Source: Lingula anatina (Eukaryota > Animalia > Brachiopoda). From it: DNA of 64,000 nt. Shown here one piece after another: positions 24,601 to 39,376 of this stretch. The stretch spans positions 13,512,587-13,576,586 of the forward strand of contig CM120648.1 in the NCBI GenBank assembly GCA_051362555.1, in the 5' to 3' direction. Every line of letters starts with the position of its first letter. Position 1 is the first letter of the stretch. The position numbers and the translations under genes were made by a program. Below the pieces are notes generated by a model that ran no database searches, had not been told where the DNA came from, and was given only the letters and a program-made list of their open reading frames with translations.

Positions 24601-27026
24601 AAACAGGCATTGAAAGACAACATGAAGAGCAGTGCTATGTCTCATCCATGTGTGCAATACGTGATATTTGGGAAGATTTAGGACATGATCAAAGGGTTTG
24701 CTAACAGTCTAATTCCAGAAACCCACTGAAGGATGAGTCTGCATCTGGTATTGGTAGTAAGGAGAAGTCTTGATTGGGTATATGTTGTATGTCAGAAGAC
24801 AATAAAAGGTAATTTGCCACTTCCTACACAAACAAACACAAGTCATCACATTTGTTGTTTTATTTGAGATAAAATGATTTATTGGAATATTGAAATATTT
24901 ATTTTTGTAAGTTTTCACTCTTCCACTATAAATGGCCATAAAATACACTTAAATTAGACACCCGTGACGTGATAAGTTTTTCTCAGATTTTTATTGTTGT
25001 AAAGCATCATTTGATCAAATTTCACAAAGATTGGGCTAGATTTGTTAAAATTATTAATGTTTAACTATTTTAAGTTTTGCAATTTGCCATTGTTTTCAAT
25101 GTAAGTTTTAGTTTTCTGGAATATATTGTGTGAAAAAGTCCATTTCATTAGACACAGGAAACTGATAATGTTTTCTCAGATTTTTACAGTTGTTAAGCAT
25201 CATTTGTCCAAATTTCACAAACATTAGACCACATTTGTCAAAATTATTAACATTTAACTATTTTAATCCATGTAATTTGCCATTGTTTTCAACATAATTT
25301 TTTGGTTTTCTCGAATATGTTGTGCAAAAAATCACTTTCATTACACGCAGTCAATTGATAATTTTATCTCAAATTTTTACATTTATTAGGCATCATTTAC
25401 ACAAATTTCACAAACATTGGACAAGATTTGTGAAAATTATTAACATTTAACTATTTTATTCCATGGAATTTTCCCTTTTTCCAGGTAAGCCTTCCCTTGC
25501 AGCCTTGTGGCTTCTTGGTTGACAGACTCTACCTGTCTCTTCATTGCTAATGTCAATAGAAAAAACAGGCATTGAAAGACAACATGGAGAGCAGTGTTAT
25601 ATCTCATCCATGTGTGCAATACATGATATGTGGCAAGATTAAGGACATGGTCAAATGGTGTGCTAACAGTCCGATTCCAGAAACCCACTATAAGGATGAG
25701 TCTGCATCTGGAATTGGTAGTAAGGAGAAGTCTTGCTTGGTTATATGTTGTTTTTCAGAGAACAATAACAGGTAATTTGCCATTTCCTACACAAACAAAC
25801 ACAAGTCATCACATATGTTGTTTTATTTGAGATAAAATGATTTATTGGAATATTGAAATATTTGTTTTCCGTAAGTTCTCACTCTTCTGATATGAATTGA
25901 CAATAAAATACACTTAAATTAAACACAGGGATGTGATAATTTTTTCTCAGATTTTTATTGTTGTAAAGCATCATTAGTACATATTTCACAAAGATTGGAC
26001 CACAGTTGTCACAATAATTAATGTTTAACTATTTTGATCCATGGAATTTGCCATTGTTTTCAATGTAATTTTTAGTTTTCTTGAATATAATGTCCGAAAA
26101 ATAGTTTTGATTACACACAGTTAACTGATAATCTTATCTCAGATTTTTATTGTTATTAGGCATCATTTATACAAATTTCACAAACATTGGACCAGATTTG
26201 TGAAAATTATTAACATTTAACTATTTTATTCCATGGAATTTTCCTTTTTCCAGGTAAGCCTTCCATTGCAGCCTTGTGGCTTCTTGGTTGACAGACTCTT
26301 CCTGTCTCGTTATGGCTAATGCCTATAGAAATGACAAGCATTGAAAGACAACATCAGGAGCAGCTGTGCTCCGTCTCATCCATGTGTGCAATACATGATA
26401 TGTGGCAAGATTAAGGACATGGTCAAATGGTGTGCTAACAGTCCGATTCCAGAAACCCACAGTAAGGATGTGTCTGCATCTGGTATTGGTAGTAAGGAGA
26501 AGTCTTGATTGGGTATATGTTGTATTTCAGAGAACAATAATAGGTTATTTACCACTTCCTACACAAACCAACACAAGTCATCACATTTGTTGTTTTATTA
26601 GAGATAAAATGATTTATTGAAATATTGAAATATTTGTTTTTTGTAAGTTTCCACTTTTCTGATATGAATTGGCAGTAAAAAACACTTAAATTAAACACAG
26701 GGATGTGATAAGCTTTTCTCAGATTTTTATTGTTGTAAAGCATCATTTGTACAAATTTCACAAAGATTGGACCACAGTTGTCACAATAATTAATGTTTAA
26801 CTATTTTGATCCATGGAATTTGTCATTGTTTTCAATGTAATTTTTAGTTTTTTCAAATATATTGTCCGAAAAATAGTTTTGATTACACACAGTCAACTGA
26901 TAATCTTATCTCAGATTTTTACATTTATTAGGCATCATTTACACAAATTTCACAAAGATTGGACCAGATTTGTGAAAATTATTAACATTTAACTATTTTA
27001 TTCCATGGAATTTGCCCTTTTTCCAG
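21623..27026. repeat. 6-monomer variant of the higher-order repeat, 5404 bp
   Basis: Spacings are 963, 961, 975, 963, 769, 773, and ORFs are offset by 5404 (22219 vs 27623). This is one 771-bp monomer shorter than the 7-mer. Confidence 0.92.
22177..22561. repeat. ~193-bp AT-rich subrepeat inside each monomer (example: two consecutive copies)
   Basis: CCATGG occurs at 22177, 22370 and 22562 in matching context (CATCATTTGTACAAATTTCACAAA...ATTAAC.TTTAACTATTTT.ATCCATG). Long monomers carry one more copy than short ones. Confidence 0.95.
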
Positions 27027-30000
27027 GTAAACCTTCCATTGCAGCCTTGTGGCTTCTTGGTTGACAGACTCTTCCTGTCTCTTCATGGCTAATGTCTATA
27101 GAAAAAAACAGGCATTGAAAGACAACATGAAGAGCAGTGCTCTGTCTCATCCATGTGTGCAATACATGATATGTGGCAAGATTAAGGACATGATCAAATG
27201 GTGTGCTAACAGTCCGATTCCAGAAACCCACTGTAAGGATGAGTCTGCATCTGGTATTGGTAGTAAGGAGAAGTCTTGATTGGGTATATGTTGTTTTTCA
27301 GAGAACAATAATAGGTTATTTACAACTTCCTACACAAACCAACACAAGTCATCACATTTGTTGTTTTATTAGAGATAAAATGATTTATTGAAATATTGAA
27401 ATATTTGTTTTTGTAAGTTTTCACTCTTCCACTATAAATGGCCATAAAATACACTTAAATTAGACACCCGTGACGTGATAAGTTTTTGTCAGATTTTCAT
27501 TGTTGTAAAGCATCATTTGTACAAATTTCACAAAGATTGGACCACATTTGTCAAAATTATTAACGTTTAACAATTTTGATCCATGGAATTGGCCATTGTT
27601 TTCAACGTAATTTTAAGTTTTCTTGAATATATTATGCGAAAAAATCCATTTCATTAGACACAGGCAATTGATAATCTTATCTCAGATTATTACAGTTGTT
27701 AAGCATCATTTGTACAAATATCACAAACATAAGACCACATTTGTCAAAACTATTAACATTAAACTATTTTTATCCATGGGATTTGCCATTGTTTTCAAGG
27801 TAATTTTTAGTTTTCTGAAATATATTGTCCGAAAAATAGTTTTGATTACACACAGTTAACTGATAATGTTATCTCAGATTTTTATTGTTATTAGGCATCA
27901 TTTATACAAATTTCACAAACATTGGACAAGATTTGTGAAAATTATTAACATTTAACTATTTTATTCCATGGAATTTTCCCTTTTTCCAGGTAAGCCTTCC
28001 CTTGCAGCCTTGTGGCTTCTTGGTTGACAGACTCTACCTGTCTCTTCATTGCTAATGTCTATAGAAATAACAGGCATTGAAAGACAACATGGAGAGCAGT
28101 GTTATATCTCATCCATGTGTGCAATACATGATATGTGGCAAGATTAAGGACATGGTCAAATGGTGTGCTAACAGTCCTATTCCAGAAACCCACTGTAAGG
28201 ATGAGTCTGCATCTGGTATTGGTAGTAAGGAGAAGTCTTGCTTGGTTATATGTTGTTTTTTAGAGAACAATAATAGGTAATTTGCCATTTCCTACACAAA
28301 CAAACACAAGTCATCACATTTGTTGTTTTATTTGAGATAAAATGATTTATTGGAATATTGAAATATTTGTTTTTGTAAGTTCTCACTCCTCTGATATGAG
28401 TTGGCCATAAAATACACTTAAATTAAACACAGGGATGTGATAATCTTTTCTCAGATTTTTATTGTTGTAAACCATCATTTGTACAAATTTCACAAAGATT
28501 GGACCACATTTGTCAAAATTATTAACGTTTAACTATTTTGATCCATGTAATTTGCCATTGTTTTCAATGTAATTTTTAGTTTTCTCGAATATATTCTCCG
28601 AAAAACAGTTTTGATTACACACAGTCAACTGATAATCTTATCTCAGATTTTTATTGTTATTAGGCATCATTTATACAAATTTCACAAAGATTAGACCAGA
28701 TTTGTGAAAATTATTAACGTTTAACTATTTTGATCCATGTAATTTGCCATTGTTTTCAATGTAATTTTTAGTTTTCTCGAATATATTGTCCGAAAAATAG
28801 TTTTGATTACACACAGTCAACTGATAATCTTATCTCAGATTTTTATTGTTATTAGGCATCATTTATACAAATTTCACAAAGATTGGACCAGATTTGTGAA
28901 AATTATTAACATTTAACTATTTTATTCCATGGAATTTTCCCTTTTTCCAGGTAAACCTTCCATTGCAGCCTTGTGGCTTCTTGGTTGACAGACTCTTCCT
29001 GTCTCTTTATGGCTAATGCCTATAGAAAAAACAGGCATTGAAAGACAACATCAGGAGCAGTGCTCTGTCTCATCCATATGTACAATTCATGATATTTGGG
29101 AAGATTTAAGACATGGTCAAACGGTGTGCTAAGAGTCCGATTCCAGAAACCCACTGTAAGGAGGAATCTGCATCTTCCATCTGCATCTGGTATTGGTAGT
29201 AAGGAGAAGTCTTGATTGGGTATATGTTGTTTTTCAGAAGACAATAATAGGTAATTTGCCACTTCCTACACAAACAAACACAAGTCATCACATTTGTTGT
29301 TTTATTTGAGATAAAATGATTTATTGGAATATTGAAATATTTGTTTTTGTCAGTTCTCACTCTTCCACTATAAATGGCCATAAAATACATTTAAATTAGA
29401 CACCCATGACGTGATAAGTTTTTGTCAGATTTTAATTGTTGTAAAGCATCATTTGTACAAATTTCACAAAGATTGGACAACATTTATCAAAATTATTAAC
29501 GTTTAACTATTTTGATCCATGGAATTTGCCATTGTTTTCAACGTAATTTTTGTTTTTCTTCAATATATTATGCGAAAAAATCCATTTCATTAGACACAGG
29601 CAATTGATAATCTTATCTCAGATTATTACAGTTTTTAAGCATCATTTGTACAAATATCACAAACATTAGACCACATTTGTCAAAACTATTAACATTTAAC
29701 TATTTTTATCCATGGGATTTGCCATTGTTTTCAAGGTAATTTTTAGTTTTCTGAAATATATTGTCCGAAAAATAGTTTTGATTACACACAGTTCAATGAT
29801 AATGTTATCTCAGATTTTTATTGTTATTAGGTATCATTTATACAAATTTCACAAACATTGGACCAGATTTGTGAAAATTATCAACATTTAACTATTTCAT
29901 TCCATGGAATTTTCCCTTTTTCCAGGTAAACCTTCCATTGCAGCCTTGTGGCTTCTTGGTTGACAGACTCTTCCTGTCTCTTTATTGCTAATGTCTATAT

Positions 30001-33000
30001 AAAAAAACAGGCATTGAAAGACAACATGAAGAGCAGTGCTATGTCTCATCCATGTGTGCAATACGTGATATTTGGGAAGATTTAGGACATGATCAAAGGG
30101 TTTGCTAACAGTCTAATTCCAGAAACCCACTGAAGGATGAGTCTGCATCTGGTATTGGTAGTAAGGAGAAGTCTTGATTGGGTATATGTTGTATGTCAGA
30201 AGACAATAAAAGGTAATTTGCCACTTCCTACACAAACAAACACAAGTCATCACATTTGTTGTTTTATTTGAGATAAAATGATTTATTGGAATATTGAAAT
30301 ATTTATTTTTGTAAGTTTTCACTCTTCCACTATAAATGGCCATAAAATACACTTAAATTAGACACCCGTGACGTGATAAGTTTTTCTCAGATTTTTATTG
30401 TTGTAAAGCATCATTTGATCAAATTTCACAAAGATTGGGCTAGATTTGTTAAAATTATTAATGTTTAACTATTTTAAGTTTTGCAATTTGCCATTGTTTT
30501 CAATGTAAGTTTTAGTTTTCTGGAATATATTGTGTGAAAAAGTCCATTTCATTAGACACAGGAAACTGATAATGTTTTCTCAGATTTTTACAGTTGTTAA
30601 GCATCATTTGTCCAAATTTCACAAACATTAGACCACATTTGTCAAAATTATTAACATTTAACTATTTTAATCCATGTAATTTGCCATTGTTTTCAACATA
30701 ATTTTTTGGTTTTCTCGAATATGTTGTGCAAAAAATCACTTTCATTACACGCAGTCAATTGATAATTTTATCTCAAATTTTTACATTTATTAGGCATCAT
30801 TTACACAAATTTCACAAACATTGGACAAGATTTGTGAAAATTATTAACATTTAACTATTTTATTCCATGGAATTTTCCCTTTTTCCAGGTAAGCCTTCCC
30901 TTGCAGCCTTGTGGCTTCTTGGTTGACAGACTCTACCTGTCTCTTCATTGCTAATGTCAATAGAAAAAACAGGCATTGAAAGACAACATGGAGAGCAGTG
31001 TTATATCTCATCCATGTGTGCAATACATGATATGTGGCAAGATTAAGGACATGGTCAAATGGTGTGCTAACAGTCCGATTCCAGAAACCCACTATAAGGA
31101 TGAGTCTGCATCTGGAATTGGTAGTAAGGAGAAGTCTTGCTTGGTTATATGTTGTTTTTCAGAGAACAATAACAGGTAATTTGCCATTTCCTACACAAAC
31201 AAACACAAGTCATCACATATGTTGTTTTATTTGAGATAAAATGATTTATTGGAATATTGAAATATTTGTTTTTCGTAAGTTCTCACTCTTCTGATATGAA
31301 TTGACAATAAAATACACTTAAATTAAACACAGGGATGTGATAATTTTTTCTCAGATTTTTATTGTTGTAAAGCATCATTAGTACATATTTCACAAAGATT
31401 GGACCACAGTTGTCACAATAATTAATGTTTAACTATTTTGATCCATGGAATTTGCCATTGTTTTCAATGTAATTTTTAGTTTTCTTGAATATAATGTCCG
31501 AAAAATAGTTTTGATTACACACAGTTAACTGATAATCTTATCTCAGATTTTTATTGTTATTAGGCATCATTTATACAAATTTCACAAACATTGGACCAGA
31601 TTTGTGAAAATTATTAACATTTAACTATTTTATTCCATGGAATTTTCCTTTTTCCAGGTAAGCCTTCCATTGCAGCCTTGTGGCTTCTTGGTTGACAGAC
31701 TCTTCCTGTCTCGTTATGGCTAATGCCTATAGAAATGACAAGCATTGAAAGACAACATCAGGAGCAGCTGTGCTCCGTCTCATCCATGTGTGCAATACAT
31801 GATATGTGGCAAGATTAAATACATGGTCAAATGGTGTGCTAACAGTCCGATTCCAGAAACCCACTGTAAGGATGAGTCTGCATCTGGTATTGGTAGTAAG
31901 GAGAAGTCTTGATTGGGTATATGTTGTTTTTCAGAAGACAATAACAGGTAATTTGCCACTTTCTACACAAACCAACACAAGTCATCACATATGTTGTTTT
32001 ATTTGAGATAAAATGATTTATTGAAATATTGAAATATTTGTTTTTCGTAAGTTCTCACTCTTCTGATATAAATTATCAATAAAATACACTTAAATTAAAC
32101 ACAGGGATGTGATAACCTTTTCTCAGATTTTTATTGTTGTAAAGCATCATTTGTACAAATTTCACAAAGATTAGACCAGATTTGTGAAAATTATTAACGT
32201 TTAACTATTTTGATCCATGTAATTTGCCATTGTTTTCAATGTAATTTTTAGTTTTCTCGAATATATTGTCCGAAAAATAGTTTTGATTACACACAGTCAA
32301 CTGATAATCTTATCTCAGATTTTTATTGTTATAAGGCATCATTTATACAAATTTCACAAACATTGGACCAGATTTGTGAAAATTATTAATGTTTAACTAT
32401 TTTGATCCATGGATTTTGCCCTTTTTCCAGGTAAACCTTCCATTGCAGCCTTGTGGCTTCTTGGTTGACAGACTCTTCCTGTCTCTTTATGGCTAATGCC
32501 TATAGAAAAAAACAGGCATTGAAAGACAACATCAGGAGTAGTGCTCTGTCTCATCCATGTTTGCAATACATGATATGTGGCAAGATTAAGGACATGGTCA
32601 AATGGTGTGCTAACAGTCCGATTCCAGAAACCCACAGTAAGGATGTGTCTGCATCTGGTATTGGTAGTAAGGAGAAGTCTTGATTGGGTATATGTTGTAT
32701 TTCAGAGAACAATAATAGGTTATTTACCACTTCCTACACAAACCAACACAAGTCATCACATTTGTTGTTTTATTAGAGATAAAATGATTTATTGAAATAT
32801 TGAAATATTTGTTTTTTGTAAGTTTCCACTTTTCTGATATGAACTGGCAGTAAAAAACACTTAAATTAAACACAGGGATGTGATAAGCTTTTCTCAGATT
32901 TTTATTGTTGTAAAGCATCATTTGTACAAATTTCACAAAGATTGGACCACAGTTGTCACAATAATTAATGTTTAACTATTTTGATCCATGGAATTTGTCA

Positions 33001-36000
33001 TTGTTTTCAATGTAATTTTTAGTTTTTTCAAATATATTGTCCGAAAAATAGTTTTGATTACACACAGTCAACTGATAATCTTATCTCAGATTTTTACATT
33101 TATTAGGCATCATTTACACAAATTTCACAAAGATTGGACCAGATTTGTGAAAATTATTAACATTTAACTATTTTATTCCATGGAATTTGCCCTTTTTCCA
33201 GGTAAACCTTCCATTGCAGCCTTGTGGCTTCTTGGTTGACAGACTCTTCCTGTCTCTTCATGGCTAATGTCTATAGAAAAAAACAGGCATTGAAAGACAA
33301 CATGAAGAGCAGTGCTCTGTCTCATCCATGTGTGCAATACATGATATGTGGCAAGATTAAGGACATGATCAAATGGTGTGCTAACAGTCCGATTCCAGAA
33401 ACCCACTGAAAGGATGAGTCTGCATCTGGTATTGGTAGTAAGGAGAAGTCTTGATTGGGTATATGTTGTTTTTCAGAGAACAATAATAGGTTATTTACAA
33501 CTTCCTACACAAACCAACACAAGTCATCACATTTGTTGTTTTATTAGAGATAAAATGATTTATTGAAATATTGAAATATTTGTTTTTGTAAGTTTTCACT
33601 CTTCCACTATAAATGGCCATAAAATACACTTAAATTAGACACCCGTGACGTGATAAGTTTTTGTCAGATTTTCATTGTTGTAAAGCATCATTTGTACAAA
33701 TTTCACAAAGATTGGACCACATTTGTCAAAATTATTAACGTTTAACAATTTTGATCCATGGAATTGGCCATTGTTTTCAACGTAATTTTAAGTTTTCTTG
33801 AATATATTATGCGAAAAAATCCATTTCATTAGACACAGGCAATTGATAATCTTATCTCAGATTATTACAGTTGTTAAGCATCATTTGTACAAATATCACA
33901 AACATAAGACCACATTTGTCAAAACTATTAACATTAAACTATTTTTATCCATGGGATTTGCCATTGTTTTCAAGGTAATTTTTAGTTTTCTGAAATATAT
34001 TGTCCGAAAAATAGTTTTGATTACACACAGTTAACTGATAATGTTATCTCAGATTTTTATTGTTATTAGGCATCATTTATACAAATTTCACAAACATTGG
34101 ACAAGATTTGTGAAAATTATTAACATTTAACTATTTTATTCCATGGAATTTTCCCTTTTTCCAGGTAAGCCTTCCCTTGCAGCCTTGTGGCTTCTTGGTT
34201 GACAGACTCTACCTGTCTCTTCATTGCTAATGTCTATAGAAAAAACAGGCATTGAAAGACAACATGGAGAGCAGTGTTATATCTCATCCATGTGTGCAAT
34301 ACATGATATGTGGCAAGATTAAGGACATGGTCAAATGGTGTGCTAACAGTCCTATTCCAGAAACCCACTGTAAGGATGAGTCTGCATCTGGTATTGGTAG
34401 TAAGGAGAAGTCTTGCTTGGTTATATGTTGTTTTTTAGAGAACAATAATAGGTAATTTGCCATTTCCTACACAAACAAACACAAGTCATCACATTTGTTG
34501 TTTTATTTGAGATAAAATGATTTATTGGAATATTGAAATATTTGTTTTTGTAAGTTCTCACTCCTCTGATATGAGTTGGCCATAAAATACACTTAAATTA
34601 AACACAGGGATGTGATAATCTTTTCTCAGATTTTTATTGTTGTAAACCATCATTTGTACAAATTTCACAAAGATTGGACCACATTTGTCAAAATTATTAA
34701 CGTTTAACTATTTTGATCCATGTAATTTGCCATTGTTTTCAATGTAATTTTTAGTTTTCTCGAATATATTCTCCGAAAAACAGTTTTGATTACACACAGT
34801 CAACTGATAATCTTATCTCAGATTTTTATTGTTATTAGGCATCATTTATACAAATTTCACAAAGATTAGACCAGATTTGTGAAAATTATTAACGTTTAAC
34901 TATTTTGATCCATGTAATTTGCCATTGTTTTCAATGTAATTTTTAGTTTTCTCGAATATATTGTCCGAAAAATAGTTTTGATTACACACAGTCAACTGAT
35001 AATCTTATCTCAGATTTTTATTGTTATTAGGCATCATTTATACAAATTTCACAAAGATTGGACCAGATTTGTGAAAATTATTAACATTTAACTATTTTAT
35101 TCCATGGAATTTTCCCTTTTTCCAGGTAAACCTTCCATTGCAGCCTTGTGGCTTCTTGGTTGACAGACTCTTCCTGTCTCTTTATGGCTAATGCCTATAG
35201 AAAAAACAGGCATTGAAAGACAACATCAGGAGCAGTGCTCTGTCTCATCCATATGTACAATTCATGATATTTGGGAAGATTTAAGACATGGTCAAACGGT
35301 GTGCTAAGAGTCCGATTCCAGAAACCCACTGTAAGGAGGAATCTGCATCTTCCATCTGCATCTGGTATTGGTAGTAAGGAGAAGTCTTGATTGGGTATAT
35401 GTTGTTTTTCAGAAGACAATAATAGGTAATTTGCCACTTCCTACACAAACAAACACAAGTCATCACATTTGTTGTTTTATTTGAGGTAAAATGATTTATT
35501 GGAATATTGAAATATTTGTTTTTGTCAGTTCTCACTCTTCCACTATAAATGGCCATAAAATACATTTAAATTAGACACCCATGACGTGATAAGTTTTTGT
35601 CAGATTTTAATTGTTGTAAAGCATCATTTGTACAAATTTCACAAAGATTGGACAACATTTATCAAAATTATTAACGTTTAACTATTTTGATCCATGGAAT
35701 TTGCCATTGTTTTCAACGTAATTTTTGTTTTTCTTCAATATATTATGCGAAAAAATCCATTTCATTAGACACAGGCAATTGATAATCTTATCTCAGATTA
35801 TTACAGTTTTTAAGCATCATTTGTACAAATATCACAAACATTAGACCACATTTGTCAAAACTATTAACATTTAACTATTTTTATCCATGGGATTTGCCAT
35901 TGTTTTCAAGGTAATTTTTAGTTTTCTGAAATATATTGTCCGAAAAATAGTTTTGATTACACACAGTTCAATGATAATGTTATCTCAGATTTTTATTGTT

Positions 36001-39000
36001 ATTAGGTATCATTTATACAAATTTCACAAACATTGGACCAGATTTGTGAAAATTATCAACATTTAACTATTTCATTCCATGGAATTTTCCCTTTTTCCAG
36101 GTAAACCTTCCATTGCAGCCTTGTGGCTTCTTGGTTGACAGACTCTTCCTGTCTCTTTATTGCTAATGTCTATATAAAAAAACAGGCATTGAAAGACAAC
36201 ATGAAGAGCAGTGCTATGTCTCATCCATGTGTGCAATACGTGATATTTGGGAAGATTTAGGACATGATCAAAGGGTTTGCTAACAGTCTAATTCCAGAAA
36301 CCCACTGAAGGATGAGTCTGCATCTGGTATTGGTAGTAAGGAGAAGTCTTGATTGGGTATATGTTGTATGTCAGAAGACAATAAAAGGTAATTTGCCACT
36401 TCCTACACAAACAAACACAAGTCATCACATTTGTTGTTTTATTTGAGATAAAATGATTTATTGGAATATTGAAATATTTATTTTTGTAAGTTTTCACTCT
36501 TCCACTATAAATGGCCATAAAATACACTTAAATTAGACACCCGTGACGTGATAAGTTTTTCTCAGATTTTTATTGTTGTAAAGCATCATTTGATCAAATT
36601 TCACAAAGATTGGGCTAGATTTGTTAAAATTATTAATGTTTAACTATTTTAAGTTTTGCAATTTGCCATTGTTTTCAATGTAAGTTTTAGTTTTCTGGAA
36701 TATATTGTGTGAAAAAGTCCATTTCATTAGACACAGGAAACTGATAATGTTTTCTCAGATTTTTACAGTTGTTAAGCATCATTTGTCCAAATTTCACAAA
36801 CATTAGACCACATTTGTCAAAATTATTAACATTTAACTATTTTAATCCATGTAATTTGCCATTGTTTTCAACATAATTTTTTGGTTTTCTCGAATATGTT
36901 GTGCAAAAAATCACTTTCATTACACGCAGTCAATTGATAATTTTATCTCAAATTTTTACATTTATTAGGCATCATTTACACAAATTTCACAAAGATTGGA
37001 CAAGATTTGTCAAAACTATTAACATTTAACTATTTTTATCCATGGAATTTTCCCTTTTTCCAGGTAAGCCTTCCCTTGCAGCCTTGTGGCTTCTTGGTTG
37101 ACAGACTCTACCTGTCTCTTCATTGCTAATGTCAATAGAAAAAACAGGCATTGAAAGACAACATGGAGAGCAGTGTTATATCTCATCCATGTGTGCAATA
37201 CATGATATGTGGCAAGATTAAGGACATGGTCAAATGGTGTGCTAACAGTCCGATTCCAGAAACCCACTATAAGGATGAGTCTGCATCTGGAATTGGTAGT
37301 AAGGAGAAGTCTTGCTTGGTTATATGTTGTTTTTCAGAGAACAATAACAGGTAATTTGCCATTTCCTACACAAACAAACACAAGTCATCACATATGTTGT
37401 TTTATTTGAGATAAAATGATTTATTGGAATATTGAAATATTTGTTTTTCGTAAGTTCTCACTCTTCTGATATGAATTGACAATAAAATACACTTAAATTA
37501 AACACAGGGATGTGATAATTTTTTCTCAGATTTTTATTGTTGTAAAGCATCATTAGTACATATTTCACAAAGATTGGACCACAGTTGTCACAATAATTAA
37601 TGTTTAACTATTTTGATCCATGGAATTTGCCATTGTTTTCAATGTAATTTTTAGTTTTCTTGAATATAATGTCCGAAAAATAGTTTTGATTACACACAGT
37701 TAACTGATAATCTTATCTCAGATTTTTATTGTTATTAGGCATCATTTATACAAATTTCACAAACATTGGACCAGATTTGTGAAAATTATTAACATTTAAC
37801 TATTTTATTCCATGGAATTTTCCTTTTTCCAGGTAAGCCTTCCATTGCAGCCTTGTGGCTTCTTGGTTGACAGACTCTTCCTGTCTCGTTATGGCTAATG
37901 CCTATAGAAATGACAAGCATTGAAAGACAACATCAGGAGCAGCTGTGCTCCGTCTCATCCATGTGTGCAATACATGATATGTGGCAAGATTAAATACATG
38001 GTCAAATGGTGTGCTAACAGTCCGATTCCAGAAACCCACTGTAAGGATGAGTCTGCATCTGGTATTGGTAGTAAGGAGAAGTCTTGATTGGGTATATGTT
38101 GTTTTTCAGAAGACAATAACAGGTAATTTGCCACTTTCTACACAAACCAACACAAGTCATCACATATGTTGTTTTATTTGAGATAAAATGATTTATTGAA
38201 ATATTGAAATATTTGTTTTTCGTAAGTTCTCACTCTTCTGATATAAATTATCAATAAAATACACTTAAATTAAACACAGGGATGTGATAACCTTTTCTCA
38301 GATTTTTATTGTTGTAAAGCATCATTTGTACAAATTTCACAAAGATTAGACCAGATTTGTGAAAATTATTAACGTTTAACTATTTTGATCCATGTAATTT
38401 GCCATTGTTTTCAATGTAATTTTTAGTTTTCTCGAATATATTGTCCGAAAAATAGTTTTGATTACACACAGTCAACTGATAATCTTATCTCAGATTTTTA
38501 TTGTTATAAGGCATCATTTATACAAATTTCACAAACATTGGACCAGATTTGTGAAAATTATTAATGTTTAACTATTTTGATCCATGGATTTTGCCCTTTT
38601 TCCAGGTAAACCTTCCATTGCAGCCTTGTGGCTTCTTGGTTGACAGACTCTTCCTGTCTCTTTATGGCTAATGCCTATAGAAAAAAACAGGCATTGAAAG
38701 ACAACATCAGGAGTAGTGCTCTGTCTCATCCATGTTTGCAATACATGATATGTGGCAAGATTAAGGACATGGTCAAATGGTGTGCTAACAGTCCGATTCC
38801 AGAAACCCACAGTAAGGATGTGTCTGCATCTGGTATTGGTAGTAAGGAGAAGTCTTGATTGGGTATATGTTGTATTTCAGAGAACAATAATAGGTTATTT
38901 ACCACTTCCTACACAAACCAACACAAGTCATCACATTTGTTGTTTTATTAGAGATAAAATGATTTATTGAAATATTGAAATATTTGTTTTTTGTAAGTTT

Positions 39001-39376
39001 CCACTTTTCTGATATGAACTGGCAGTAAAAAACACTTAAATTAAACACAGGGATGTGATAAGCTTTTCTCAGATTTTTATTGTTGTAAAGCATCATTTGT
39101 ACAAATTTCACAAAGATTGGACCACAGTTGTCACAATAATTAATGTTTAACTATTTTGATCCATGGAATTTGTCATTGTTTTCAATGTAATTTTTAGTTT
39201 TTTCAAATATATTGTCCGAAAAATAGTTTTGATTACACACAGTCAACTGATAATCTTATCTCAGATTTTTACATTTATTAGGCATCATTTACACAAATTT
39301 CACAAAGATTGGACCAGATTTGTGAAAATTATTAACATTTAACTATTTTATTCCATGGAATTTGCCCTTTTTCCAG
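27027..39376. repeat. 7-monomer higher-order repeat, 6175 bp, two complete near-identical copies (partial copies on both sides)
   Basis: Monomer spacings 963, 961, 975, 963, 769, 773, 771 repeat from 27027, from 33202 and start again at 39377. ORF coordinates differ by exactly 6175 (27623, 33798, 39973). Confidence 0.95.
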
